Positions 15,468-24,194 of a stretch of 39,948 nt of DNA are shown piece by piece. This stretch comes from a virus, in IMG/VR virus record IMGVR_UViG_3300048912_000061, positions 1-39,948 of that record, one strand, 5' to 3'. Every line of letters begins with the position of its first letter. The stretch's first letter is position 1. The notes under the pieces are model-generated. The model did no database searches and was not told the DNA's origin. It saw nothing but the letters and a program-made list of their open reading frames with translations. A program made the translations under genes and the position numbers.

Positions 15468-16679
15468 TTACTCGGTGATGCGGCAGGCGTGGTCGTTGCG
15501 CACGGTGGCGAAGCCGTACAGCACGTCGATACGGGTGGACTCGGTATCGGTCTGGCCGTTACCGAAGGTCATCACGCGCACCGAGAAGCCGTTCACCGAG
15601 GCGGTGTAGCCCTCGCACGAGGCCAGGATCGGCAGCGGTGCGAACGCGGCCGTGAAGGCGTTCTTGTGGAACGCCAGGTGCTGGCGGTAGCCGGTCGAGG
15701 CCGAGCCGGTGATGGACGCCGAGGCGCCGTTGGCCGGCAGAGCCGAGACGGTACCGACGACCGAGGACGACGAGACCGACAGGGCCGGGTAGATGCTGAT
15801 CGAGCCCGTGGCGCCGCCGGCGGTGAAGTCCGCAGTGACGACGAACTGGCGCAGCTTGCCATTCGAGACGCCCAGGATCGGGTGCACGGCGAACACGTTC
15901 GGGATCGTGAAGGTGGTGCCCTTCAGGATCGTCCAGCCGCCGGTCAGGCCGCCGATGTTCAGCGTGGAGCCGGTCTGGCCCGCACCGTTGATCGTGAAGC
16001 CGGTCGCGGTGCCGTTCACGAAGAACGGCAGCGACTGGTTCTCGAACATATCGAAGCCCTGGGCCTTGGTGATGTAGCCCTGCAGCATGGACTTGCTCAC
16101 GGTGTCGCTCGGGTTCTGCTGGTTCTTGATCGAGTCCGCCAGTTCGTTGCTCGCGTCGGAGCTGAGCAGAACGGTGCGGTCATCTTCCGGCGCCATGAAG
16201 CGCTCCAGCACGCCGCGCGCCTGGCCGTAGGTCTTGAAGGTGTTCGGGACGGTGCCCGGTGCGCCCACGACGTTCGGCACGGACAGCACCGCGCGTTGGA
16301 TCAGGTCCGACTGCACCACCGAGCCCAGCGAGTTGATGGCCGGCTTCAGGAAGCGGTCGCGGAACTCGGTGATCGACAGCGCCTTCTCCTTGGCGGTGAA
16401 GGTCAGCGGCACGTGCTTCTGGGTGGCCAGCTGCAGGCGAACCTTGGCTTCGGCCATGTCCGGAGCGCTGCCGCCGCCGGCGAAGTTCGTGCCGTCGAAC
16501 ACGGTCGGGACCGGCGGGATGCCGATGTCCACGAAGTCGCCCTTCTTGTATCCGTTGGGCGAGTCCTTGAACTCGCTCTCGCGGCCGCGGTTGATGTTGG
16601 AGAGGAAGTTCATTTCCTCGGACAGCATGGCCGCAGCTTCGCGGGCCAGCATTTGGTGGGTCAGGATGGTGTTTGCCAT
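15468..16679 (-). CDS. Major capsid protein, P22 coat-like
   Basis: MANTILTHQMLAREAAAMLSEEMNFLSNINRGRESEFK... is the P22-coat-family N-terminus. It is 403 aa, follows the scaffold gene, and has the highest GC3 in the window (about 90% by hand count). Confidence 0.9.
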   Translation of the reverse strand: MANTILTHQMLAREAAAMLSEEMNFLSNINRGRESEFKDSPNGYKKGDFVDIGIPPVPTVFDGTNFAGGGSAPDMAEAKVRLQLATQKHVPLTFTAKEKALSITEFRDRFLKPAINSLGSVVQSDLIQRAVLSVPNVVGAPGTVPNTFKTYGQARGVLERFMAPEDDRTVLLSSDASNELADSIKNQQNPSDTVSKSMLQGYITKAQGFDMFENQSLPFFVNGTATGFTINGAGQTGSTLNIGGLTGGWTILKGTTFTIPNVFAVHPILGVSNGKLRQFVVTADFTAGGATGSISIYPALSVSSSSVVGTVSALPANGASASITGSASTGYRQHLAFHKNAFTAAFAPLPILASCEGYTASVNGFSVRVMTFGNGQTDTESTRIDVLYGFATVRNDHACRITE

Positions 16680-16690
16680 TTTTCAAGCTC

Positions 16691-16722
16691 CAGAAAAAGA
16701 AAACCCGCCTCATGGGCGGGTT
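16691..16722 (-). terminator. Intrinsic terminator between the scaffold and capsid genes
   Basis: The minus strand reads AACCCGCC-CATGA-GGCGGGTT followed by TTCTTTTTCTGGAG. The capsid Shine-Dalgarno (GGAG) follows. Confidence 0.6.
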
Positions 16723-16741
16723 GCGTTGCGGTGGTGTGGGA

Positions 16742-17623
16742 TCAGCGTTTGCGCTGGCGCTCCTGGCGCTCGCGGTACCACTCCTGATCGCTCATCTTCG
16801 TGGGGTCTTTCCGCACGGTTGCGCGTGCGGCGCCCACTCGGGTGACCGGTGCAGGAGGAGGCGCGGGCGTTTTGGGCTTGGCGCTCTGCTTCTTCTCCAG
16901 CTGGTCGAACATCGCAGCCTTGTGCATGATCTTCAGGAAGGCCGGTTGCTCGATCAGAGTCCGGGCGACTTTCTCGTTCATGACAACGCCTTCGGCAACT
17001 GCGTACTGCTGCAGCTGCGCGCCGCGTTCGGCGGTCCAGCTTGGAATCTCACGCGTCACGTACGCCTCGGCTTCCTGGATCAGCTTGGCAGTTTCCTGCT
17101 GCTCAGCCAGACCGCGCTGCTGGTGCTTTTGCGCGAGGGACTGCTCCAGCTGCGTCTTTTCGGACATCAGCTGCTGCAGCTGGGCCTGGGCTTTGCCCGC
17201 GGCTGCTGCGTCGGTGTCGTAGGCTTCCGCCCAGTTCACCTTCTGGTACTGCGAAATCAGGTCGGAGACGTGGTGCAGCTTGGCGCGCTCCTCGAACTCC
17301 TGTTCGATCACCTGCTTGAGCTGCTTGGCCCGGTCGCGCTCGGACTCTGCTGCCTTGCGCACCTCGGCTACTTCCTGCGTCTTCTTGGTGTAGTCCGCGT
17401 GCATCAGCCGCTCGGCCTTCAGCTTCTCGGCCTTGGACTTGGGCAGCGCGAACTTCTCACCGTCGATTTCGATTTCTTCCTCCTCCTCGCCGGTTTGCTC
17501 TTGCGAGTCCGGATCGGTGGTGGTCGAGGTATCGTCTTCGACTTGCTGCTCACCAGCCTCTTGCGTGGTCTGGTCTTCGGTTTCGGAGTTCTGCGTTTCC
17601 ACAGATTGTTCCTGGTCTGCCAT
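16742..17623 (-). CDS. Scaffolding protein
   Basis: 293 aa, with a very acidic N-terminus (MADQEQSVETQNSETEDQTTQEAGEQQVEDD), a long coiled-coil-like Glu/Lys/Gln-rich body and a basic C-terminus. It lies immediately upstream of the coat gene. Confidence 0.8.
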   Translation of the reverse strand: MADQEQSVETQNSETEDQTTQEAGEQQVEDDTSTTTDPDSQEQTGEEEEEIEIDGEKFALPKSKAEKLKAERLMHADYTKKTQEVAEVRKAAESERDRAKQLKQVIEQEFEERAKLHHVSDLISQYQKVNWAEAYDTDAAAAGKAQAQLQQLMSEKTQLEQSLAQKHQQRGLAEQQETAKLIQEAEAYVTREIPSWTAERGAQLQQYAVAEGVVMNEKVARTLIEQPAFLKIMHKAAMFDQLEKKQSAKPKTPAPPPAPVTRVGAARATVRKDPTKMSDQEWYRERQERQRKR

Positions 17624-17644
17624 GTGTAGCTCCTGTTGTGCCGC

Positions 17645-18814
17645 TCAGCGGCTGGTGGGTAAAACCCGTGGGCGCGCGCGGCGTCGCATGATCGCGAAGA
17701 GCTGCGGCACGATGCCCGAATTGGTGTAACCGGCTGAACCCCCGAAGGTGACCCCGCCGACAGGCTGATATCGCATGCTGCGCACTACCTGCGCGGCGCC
17801 GGAGAACACGATTCCCCCGGTCGGCGTCACGGTGCGCGACTGGTTGCTGCTGTTCTGCTGCACTGGCGCGGTCCCGGCCAGCAGCAGACCACCCTGCGGC
17901 GCGCGTACAGCCCCTCTGGACGACGAAGCCGAGCCGCCGAGTACCAAGCCGCCAGACGTAGCGCGCGAGGCGCTACGGGCTGTTGGCGCAGTTCCGCCCA
18001 AAGTCAGGCCGCCGGATGCTACGCGCGCGGTCGAACGGACCACCGCCGCCGCGCCACTGAAGCTGATACCGCCGGTCGGGGTGACGGTCAATGACTGAGG
18101 GCCACCCGCGCTCGCGGAAGGTAACACCAGGCGCTGGATCCTGAACAACTGCCAGGGGTTCGCCGCCAGCGCGGCATGTTCTGCTGCTGAAAGTGACCGA
18201 TTCCAGAGGCAAATCAGTGGCGTGCACGCATCGTTGAACGCGCCAGCACCTGCGTGCATCAGCAGGTTGAAGTTCGGCGATGTCATGGACGGGTATGTCG
18301 TCCCGGACACCGTTGTTGTTACCGCTGCACCGTCCACGTACAGCTGACCGGCGCTGCTGGACGTGAGCGAGTAGCCATACACCGACGTTTTGCCGGTAAT
18401 GACTCCTGGCGCCGTCAGTGCCACAGCCCCGTTGGTGGACATCGTCAACCGTCCTGCCGAAGCCGTGAAGGCGGCGTCCATGTTGGCGCCGAACGTGTAC
18501 TGCCCGCCGCCCCCTGCTGGACGCTGCGAGAAGAATGGCTTGATGACGCTGCTCGCAGGCGGTGCCGAGATGACGAGTGCTGCGCTCGGGTTTGCCTTCA
18601 GCAGCGTTGCCGTGCCATCGGCGGTTGCGGCTGAAACCCGCTGGAGACCGATCCCCGAAGTAGACATCGAGCGCGTGTAGGGCGCAACCCCTTTGTACCC
18701 GGTGATCAGATCGACCGGGTAGGAACCGGTCATATCGAAGACTGCGGCCAGCCCTCGGGTGATTGGATTGCTCCAATCGATTGCCATTCCGCTCTGCGGT
18801 TGCAGGTACCGCAT
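17645..18814 (-). CDS. LamG/concanavalin-like domain protein with six C-terminal ~20-aa repeats
   Basis: ...FNLLMHAGAGAFNDACTPLICLWNRSLSAAEHAALAANPWQLF is the typical end of phage LamG-jellyroll domains (from memory). It is followed by repeats of the form P/A-x-GG-[ILV]-x-[FL]-[SGA]-G-[AST]-A. Confidence 0.7.
   Translation of the reverse strand: MRYLQPQSGMAIDWSNPITRGLAAVFDMTGSYPVDLITGYKGVAPYTRSMSTSGIGLQRVSAATADGTATLLKANPSAALVISAPPASSVIKPFFSQRPAGGGGQYTFGANMDAAFTASAGRLTMSTNGAVALTAPGVITGKTSVYGYSLTSSSAGQLYVDGAAVTTTVSGTTYPSMTSPNFNLLMHAGAGAFNDACTPLICLWNRSLSAAEHAALAANPWQLFRIQRLVLPSASAGGPQSLTVTPTGGISFSGAAAVVRSTARVASGGLTLGGTAPTARSASRATSGGLVLGGSASSSRGAVRAPQGGLLLAGTAPVQQNSSNQSRTVTPTGGIVFSGAAQVVRSMRYQPVGGVTFGGSAGYTNSGIVPQLFAIMRRRARPRVLPTSR
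17698..18118 (-). repeat. Six degenerate tandem coding repeats (about 57-75 nt each) in the LamG protein C-terminus
   Basis: The units are VTPTGGISFSGAAAVVRS, RVASGGLTLGGTAPTARS, RATSGGLVLGGSASSSRG, RAPQGGLLLAGTAPVQQ, VTPTGGIVFSGAAQVVRS and YQPVGGVTFGGSAGYTNS. Confidence 0.6.
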
Positions 18815-18817
18815 AGC

Positions 18818-19177
18818 TTAAATCCCTGTCAGTTCTTGGCCGTAAGCCTCCACGGTGATGCCGTTCGTTGCCCCGTTGGTGATCGTGATATTGGCGAACA
18901 TGGCGCTCGGCGGAAGTTCGCACACGAAATCCATCGGGTAGTCGCCAGAAGTGGTGCTTGCGCTCGCCGTGTAGAACTTTCGCTTGGTCCCGGTAGATTC
19001 GCCCACGTAGAAAGTCACGGTCGGCGCGGTCGTCGGCGCGCTACCGGGCAATGACAGCTTTACCGCTGCCAGGCCACCGTAGGCCGTGCTCATGTTCCAT
19101 TCGGTTGCGCTGACACTGCCAGCAGCGGCCAGCGATTGCGAGGCAAGCAGAGTCTTTGCGGTTTTCGATGCGGCCAT
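18818..19177 (-). CDS. Hypothetical beta-rich protein (119 aa)
   Basis: Track ORF. ATG 19177 shares one base with the upstream stop (TAATG). Confidence 0.65.
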   Translation of the reverse strand: MAASKTAKTLLASQSLAAAGSVSATEWNMSTAYGGLAAVKLSLPGSAPTTAPTVTFYVGESTGTKRKFYTASASTTSGDYPMDFVCELPPSAMFANITITNGATNGITVEAYGQELTGI

Positions 19178-19584
19178 TACTTCAGACTCCCATCAGGATT
19201 GAACAGCGCCTCTGCGACTTCCTGGGGCGTGTACGGGTAATCTTCCAGGCCGAGCGCTTGCAGGGCAGCCCCCTGGGCGACGGTCAGCAGTTCCGCGTTC
19301 ACGAAGCCGTCGAGAGCGTCCTGGACCAGCTGCGACCCGATCTTCAGGCGGCCTTGGTCGAGCAGCATCTTCACGTAGCGGAAGTCCGGCGTTGCGTTGA
19401 TCGCGTCCAGCAGCGCATTGCCCGTGGCTAGGCCCAGCACCTCCAGGATCGTGCCGTTGCCGATCTCGCGTGCGTTGCCACGCTTGCGGCCGGCAGACAT
19501 GACCGCGGCGATGGCTTCGCAGTCCTTCTCGGCCACAGCAGCGGCACATGCCGGGTTGGTCAGGATGTCTTCGCGCAGGCCCAT
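19177..19584 (-). CDS. Hypothetical helical protein (135 aa)
   Basis: Internal ATG 19584 (MGLREDILTNPACAAAVAEKD...) lies 2 nt after the upstream stop. The 72-codon track extension overlaps the upstream gene and is Arg/Pro/Asp-rich junk. Confidence 0.65.
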   Translation of the reverse strand: MGLREDILTNPACAAAVAEKDCEAIAAVMSAGRKRGNAREIGNGTILEVLGLATGNALLDAINATPDFRYVKMLLDQGRLKIGSQLVQDALDGFVNAELLTVAQGAALQALGLEDYPYTPQEVAEALFNPDGSLK

Positions 19585-19586
19585 GA

Positions 19587-19994
19587 TCAGTCCGCCGTGA
19601 TGGTCGGGGTCAGCAGGATGTTGTCGCCGTTGGTCGCCGGGGTGAAGCTGGGGAAAGTCTCGGCGCAGAACAGGTCGCCCGCGGTGGCGCGAGTAACGCG
19701 GTAGCCGTAGATCGTCGGGTTGGTCGTCAGGGCGCCCGTGAATGTCCAGGTCTGCTGCGCGTAAGTGGCGGACGACGGGGCGCCGCCGGTCACGGTCCAC
19801 GAAGAGCCGGTCATGGTCTTGCTTGCGTAGCCGCCGCCGGTGGCGATGGTGTACGTGGCCGCCGTGTCAGTCTCGGACGGCGTGATGTTGTTGGTGAAGA
19901 AATCGTACTTCAGATCTTGCGTGTTGCCGTTCTTGTTGACCACGTATTCCAGCGTGATCACCTCGCCAGTGTTCGGGACAAGGATCGTCATCAC
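19587..19994 (-). CDS. Hypothetical beta-rich virion-module protein (135 aa)
   Basis: Track ORF MMTILVPNTGEVITLEYVVNKNGNTQDLKYDFFTNNITPSETD.... There is a 4-nt overlap with the upstream gene. Confidence 0.7.
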   Translation of the reverse strand: MMTILVPNTGEVITLEYVVNKNGNTQDLKYDFFTNNITPSETDTAATYTIATGGGYASKTMTGSSWTVTGGAPSSATYAQQTWTFTGALTTNPTIYGYRVTRATAGDLFCAETFPSFTPATNGDNILLTPTITAD

Positions 19995-20383
19995 GCACCC
20001 CCATTGCTGTAGCCGAAGGCGGCCAGGCGGTCGGGATCACCGCGGCGCGATTCGGGGATTTCGAAGATGTAGGCGGTGCGCAGGCGGCCCAGCTCGCAGA
20101 CCACCGTGGCCGGAACAGCCTGGTCGTTCGCGTCCAGGGTCATGCGCGTGCCGCCGTCGGGCTTTGCCAGCGTGACCACGGCCAAGCCGTCGACGCGGCA
20201 GCCGGTGAGGATGCCGACCCCTTCAGCGGTCATCACCCACATGCCGATGCGGCGGCTCGCGGCGTCCAGCGCAGGCTGGTTGACGAACTCGCGCGCAGGC
20301 GGCACGACGAGAGATTGCGGCGCGGCTGCGAGCTGCTCACCCGGCGCGATGCCGAGCATGTTCAAGATGCGCTTCATGATCAC
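19991..20383 (-). CDS. Hypothetical protein (130 aa)
   Basis: Track ORF, coupled by 4-nt overlaps on both sides. Confidence 0.65.
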   Translation of the reverse strand: MIMKRILNMLGIAPGEQLAAAPQSLVVPPAREFVNQPALDAASRRIGMWVMTAEGVGILTGCRVDGLAVVTLAKPDGGTRMTLDANDQAVPATVVCELGRLRTAYIFEIPESRRGDPDRLAAFGYSNGGA

Positions 20384-20703
20384 ATTCCCGTGGAGACGTA
20401 GACATCGAGGGTCGCGGTGCCGGTTTCGGTCTTCGCGGCGAATTGGAGGGGGGTCACGCCGGACTGAATGCCCATCGTGATGTCGGAGTTGGCCAGCACG
20501 GCGGTGCAGCCGTTGCCCAGGCTTCCGGTGGGCAGCGCGGCGGCCTGCGCGCCCTCACCGACGGCGAAGAAGGCAGTGTTCGGGCCTTCGTTGACGACGC
20601 GGATTGTGGTGCCGACGCGCTCCAATGAAACGGAGGTGCCGCCCGAGCCGGTGGTCGCGCTCACGCGCTTACCCGGCGCCTGGGCGCTGAAAAGCTTGTC
20701 CAT
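20380..20703 (-). CDS. Hypothetical beta-rich protein (107 aa)
   Basis: Internal ATG 20703 (MDKLFSAQAPGKRV...) is preceded by AAGGAA and lies 8 nt after the portal stop. The long track version (to 21258) overlaps the portal gene out of frame. Confidence 0.65.
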   Translation of the reverse strand: MDKLFSAQAPGKRVSATTGSGGTSVSLERVGTTIRVVNEGPNTAFFAVGEGAQAAALPTGSLGNGCTAVLANSDITMGIQSGVTPLQFAAKTETGTATLDVYVSTGM

Positions 20704-20711
20704 GGGGTTCC

Positions 20712-22820
20712 TTACTGAATCGGTTGCTGTGCGGCGCCGGGAGCGGGCGGCTCCATCGGCTGGGGTGCGGGCATCGGGGGCATCGGCGCGGCCGGGCCAG
20801 CACCTGGCAGCGGCGGCTCGGTGAACACCTGCTGCAGGGTCTGCATGATCAGTGCCTGCACCTGCTCGGGGCTCATGCCGGCTCCCACGGCCTTGATGCG
20901 ATCGGTGTCGGCGCGGTGTGCCTCGATCATCAGCTTGCCGACGTCCAGCTGCTTGTCCGTGTCCTTGGCCTTCAGCTGCTCCTGTGCCTGCGCCAGCGCC
21001 TGCTGCAGGTGCTGAATGGCCTGGGCCATCTGCTCCATATGCTGCTGCGCCTGCTGAAGCTGCGGATTCTGGCCCTGCAGTGCCGGTGGCAGCAGAAGCT
21101 TCAGGCGCTCCGCGATCTCGTCCGCGCCCGGCCAGTCCAGATTCTTCGCCAGCAGGTCGCCCATGACCTGGCCAGCGCCGGGCACCGCGCGCATGAACTC
21201 GGTCATTTGCGCCGCGGCTTCCTCGCGCTTCGTGGTGTAGCTCGGTCCGCTCTCGCACGTCACGTCGTACTTGCCCGTGGTGAGGTCGTACACGTGCGCG
21301 ATGCCCTCGGCCTGCTCGCCCATCTGCTTCGCGTGGTCCGGCAGCGGCTGCGTGGGCTGGTTCACCGGCACGTTCTGCGGGGTACCGTCCTCGCCGATGA
21401 TCCGAAGAATCCGCGCGGTGGTGTACACCTTGGGAATCAGGTCGGCAAGGATGCGGCCGGCGTGACGAATGGCGCGCGAGGTGTTGTCCGCGAAGTTGAA
21501 CGTGCTGACGTCGCCTTCGCGCTGGCGGGCCAGGATGGCGCGGCCGCTCGTCTCGTTCGACTTGGCGCCCAGAGATGCATCGTAGATACCGATGATCGAC
21601 TTCATGTCATCTGAGGCGTTCAGCGCCTCCTGCAGAGCGCCAGCGGGCGGCCCGGCGAACGGTTGCCGCTGCGGCGGCGGTGCGGGTTGGCCGTTCACGT
21701 CCACCGTGTCGTATTCGAGGAACTGGTGGTTGTCAGTGTTCGCGCTGGCCCAGTTCGGGTCCGTCGAAAACTGACCGACCGCCCCCACCCATGGAGCCTT
21801 CGGCGCCAGCGCCACCAGCTCGGTTGACGTCGTGCGCCAGTAGTTGAACATGCGCTGCGCGTCCTTCGCGTCGCGGATCAGCGACTTGAGGTAGCGCTTG
21901 CCATCGATGATGACTTCGGAGCCATACACCGGGATGATCGGAATGTACTTGCCGGCCCACTCGTTCGTTTCGAGGATCTCGCAGCCGTTCATCAGGTGCT
22001 GTGTGACCTTCATCGTGCGCGTCGGGCGTTCCTTGACGATGGTTACGCCTTGCGCGTCCAGCACATCGACTGCCTTCAGGTACTCGTCCTCGAACATCAC
22101 CTCGCCGTTGGACAGTAGGAGCAGAGTCGCATCGACCTCGCGCCGGGTCCACCACTCGGCCACCAGGATATCGTCGCCGTCCAGCCATTCGGCTTCCACG
22201 CCACTGCCGCCGGCCTCGAAGCTGCTTGTGTCAGCGTCCGGCCACTTCTTTTTGAAGGCCTTCAGCGAGTACGTTTCGGTCACCCATGCGTCGTTCCAGC
22301 CCGCCGAGTCGGCCCCCAGGTCGTACGGATCGGGCACCACGGACAGCGAGTTCGCGATGCGCTCGATCTTGATGTCCTGGTCGAAAGCATCATCGGCTGC
22401 ATAGTCGGTGATGATGCGGAAGTAGCCGACGTTGCCGGCCACCGCGTTCTCGTTGGCCGTGTCATAGGCCACGTCAGCATTGCTGCTCACCTCAATGTTG
22501 CGGGCCACACCGTCCAGAACCTTCGCGGTCCACTGGTCGGAGCCGTCGCCCACCGGGTGGAACTTAATCGAGGGCTTGTTCTGGCGCGCGTCGTTCGTGA
22601 CCTGGCGAATGAACGACGTCATGCGGTTCAGGGTAAGGCACGGGCGGCCGTCCTTCTCGCGCTGCTTGCGGATGGCGTCCGGCCACTGGTAGCCCTGATC
22701 GGCCAGCAGGCCGAACTTGATGTCTTCCTCGTAGGCCTCGCGGTTGTGCTGGTCCCGCTCCAGGGCGAGCTTGTACAGCTCCAGCCCTTCCGAGTGGAGA
22801 TCGTCGTCTTTGTCAGCCAT
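20712..22820 (-). CDS. Portal protein, P22-like, with a long C-terminal helical (barrel-type) extension
   Basis: 702 aa, immediately after terL. The N-terminus is ...ALERDQHNREAYEEDIKFGLLADQGYQWPDAIRKQREKDGRPCLTLNRM. The C-terminal Gln-rich helix is QLQQAQQHMEQMAQAIQHLQQALAQAQEQLKAK. Confidence 0.9.
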   Translation of the reverse strand: MADKDDDLHSEGLELYKLALERDQHNREAYEEDIKFGLLADQGYQWPDAIRKQREKDGRPCLTLNRMTSFIRQVTNDARQNKPSIKFHPVGDGSDQWTAKVLDGVARNIEVSSNADVAYDTANENAVAGNVGYFRIITDYAADDAFDQDIKIERIANSLSVVPDPYDLGADSAGWNDAWVTETYSLKAFKKKWPDADTSSFEAGGSGVEAEWLDGDDILVAEWWTRREVDATLLLLSNGEVMFEDEYLKAVDVLDAQGVTIVKERPTRTMKVTQHLMNGCEILETNEWAGKYIPIIPVYGSEVIIDGKRYLKSLIRDAKDAQRMFNYWRTTSTELVALAPKAPWVGAVGQFSTDPNWASANTDNHQFLEYDTVDVNGQPAPPPQRQPFAGPPAGALQEALNASDDMKSIIGIYDASLGAKSNETSGRAILARQREGDVSTFNFADNTSRAIRHAGRILADLIPKVYTTARILRIIGEDGTPQNVPVNQPTQPLPDHAKQMGEQAEGIAHVYDLTTGKYDVTCESGPSYTTKREEAAAQMTEFMRAVPGAGQVMGDLLAKNLDWPGADEIAERLKLLLPPALQGQNPQLQQAQQHMEQMAQAIQHLQQALAQAQEQLKAKDTDKQLDVGKLMIEAHRADTDRIKAVGAGMSPEQVQALIMQTLQQVFTEPPLPGAGPAAPMPPMPAPQPMEPPAPGAAQQPIQ

Positions 22821-22823
22821 GGG

Positions 22824-24194
22824 TCAGTTCATCCAACCGCCGGGGGCGGCATGTGCTCGTGGTTTCGCCTCGCGCTTCTGCGTGGCGGGTTTCGTGATGG
22901 CCGGGAACAGCTCGGCCAGCGCCCAAATCAGTGCGTCGGCGCGGTTCGGTGACCGGGCGCCGGTGTAGCCGCTGGTGCTGAATGCACACAGCTCGTCTTC
23001 CAGTTTCGGGAACAGGCCCACGTGGCGGACCTTGCCCTGCTCGTATAGCGCGGAGAACGGTTCGGCGCGCTGCACCTTGCCGCGGCTGGCCGTGACCATG
23101 CGGAAGTTCACGCGCGTCTCAGCTTTCGCCGCGGCGGCCTGCAGCACGAACTTGACCATGCCGCCGCCGAAGTTCGTCTCGCCCACCACTGCATCGGCCG
23201 CGTGCCGCTGGTATGCCGTGACTGCGATCGCGCCCCAGGTGGCCGGGCCAGCCTTCACCGTCAGGTCTTCCAGCAGGTAGGCGTTGCCGTCGGTGCCGAT
23301 GCCAGCCACCGTGATGCCGATCTCGTCGTTGTCCGCGTTCTGCTCGTCATCGCTCGCGCCGCTCGGGTCCACCGACACGACCACGCGCACCATATCGGGC
23401 ACGTCCTCGCTCTCGGCGCGCCACCGATCGATTACCGCTTCATCGAACAGCGCGTTTGGCGTGGCCTCCGCGAACTCGCCGCGCAGGAACCGCCGTTTCA
23501 TCCGCTCGGACAGGCCTTCCAGCGTGGCCAGGTACTCCGGCGACAGGTTGGCCGCGTTGTCCGTCGGGTTCATCTGGAACGAGTCGTAGTTCTCGGGGTT
23601 CTTCAGCTTCTCGCCCGACTCGGGGTCGGTCTTCTGCTTGAACACCTTGAACGTCCAGTGCGCTTTGCTCGGCGGGTTGCAGTCGAACAGGAAGCGCAGC
23701 TTGAGAGGCACCTCAGCGCCGTTGATCAGCTGCATGCACCGCTGCGCGAGACGCGTCAGCAGGATCTGCACGCCGGCCCAGGCCACCTGCGAGGCCTCGT
23801 TGATGTAGATCGTGGCGAACTCCAAGCCGAGGATTTTCTCCATCCGCTCCTTGTCGTCCAGGCCCAGGAACCACACCTGCGAATCTCCCGGCAGCTTGGC
23901 GTAGCCGTCGGTCATGTTGATGTCCCAGTCGGTGCCGCGCTCCAGCTGCGGGAAGCACGTGCGCATCACCTTCGGGAAGGTGTCCATCATCACGGACGCC
24001 TTCAGGTGGTTGAAGCGCGATCGCGTGATCAGGTGGCGCGAGCCCGGCGCCTTCAGTGCGCGGGTGACGATGTTTCGCACGATCAGGAACGTCTTGCCCG
24101 AGCGGCCGCCGCCGAACAGCATCAGCCAGGTGGCGAGGCCGCCCAGCACCTCCTGCGCCTGCAGCTGGCGCGGGGTTGGAGCGAAACCGGTCAC
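22824..24194 (-). CDS. terL: Terminase large subunit
   Basis: Walker A is LFGGGRSGKT and Walker B-like is FATIYINEAS. The C-terminal nuclease region is VVSVDPSG...ITVAG. The GTG start overlaps the terS stop (GTGA). Confidence 0.92.
   Translation of the reverse strand: MTGFAPTPRQLQAQEVLGGLATWLMLFGGGRSGKTFLIVRNIVTRALKAPGSRHLITRSRFNHLKASVMMDTFPKVMRTCFPQLERGTDWDINMTDGYAKLPGDSQVWFLGLDDKERMEKILGLEFATIYINEASQVAWAGVQILLTRLAQRCMQLINGAEVPLKLRFLFDCNPPSKAHWTFKVFKQKTDPESGEKLKNPENYDSFQMNPTDNAANLSPEYLATLEGLSERMKRRFLRGEFAEATPNALFDEAVIDRWRAESEDVPDMVRVVVSVDPSGASDDEQNADNDEIGITVAGIGTDGNAYLLEDLTVKAGPATWGAIAVTAYQRHAADAVVGETNFGGGMVKFVLQAAAAKAETRVNFRMVTASRGKVQRAEPFSALYEQGKVRHVGLFPKLEDELCAFSTSGYTGARSPNRADALIWALAELFPAITKPATQKREAKPRAHAAPGGWMN

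Noticed and set aside
15414-16787. 457-aa plus-strand ORF
   Set aside because: It is antisense to the major capsid gene, Arg/Gly/Ala/Val-rich, and spans two terminators and an intergenic region.
20704-21258. N-terminal 185 codons of track ORF 20380..21258
   Set aside because: This part overlaps the portal gene 3-prime end out of frame and is Arg/Ala/Gly/Pro junk. A good start with AAGGAA at 20703 gives a compact 107-aa protein instead.
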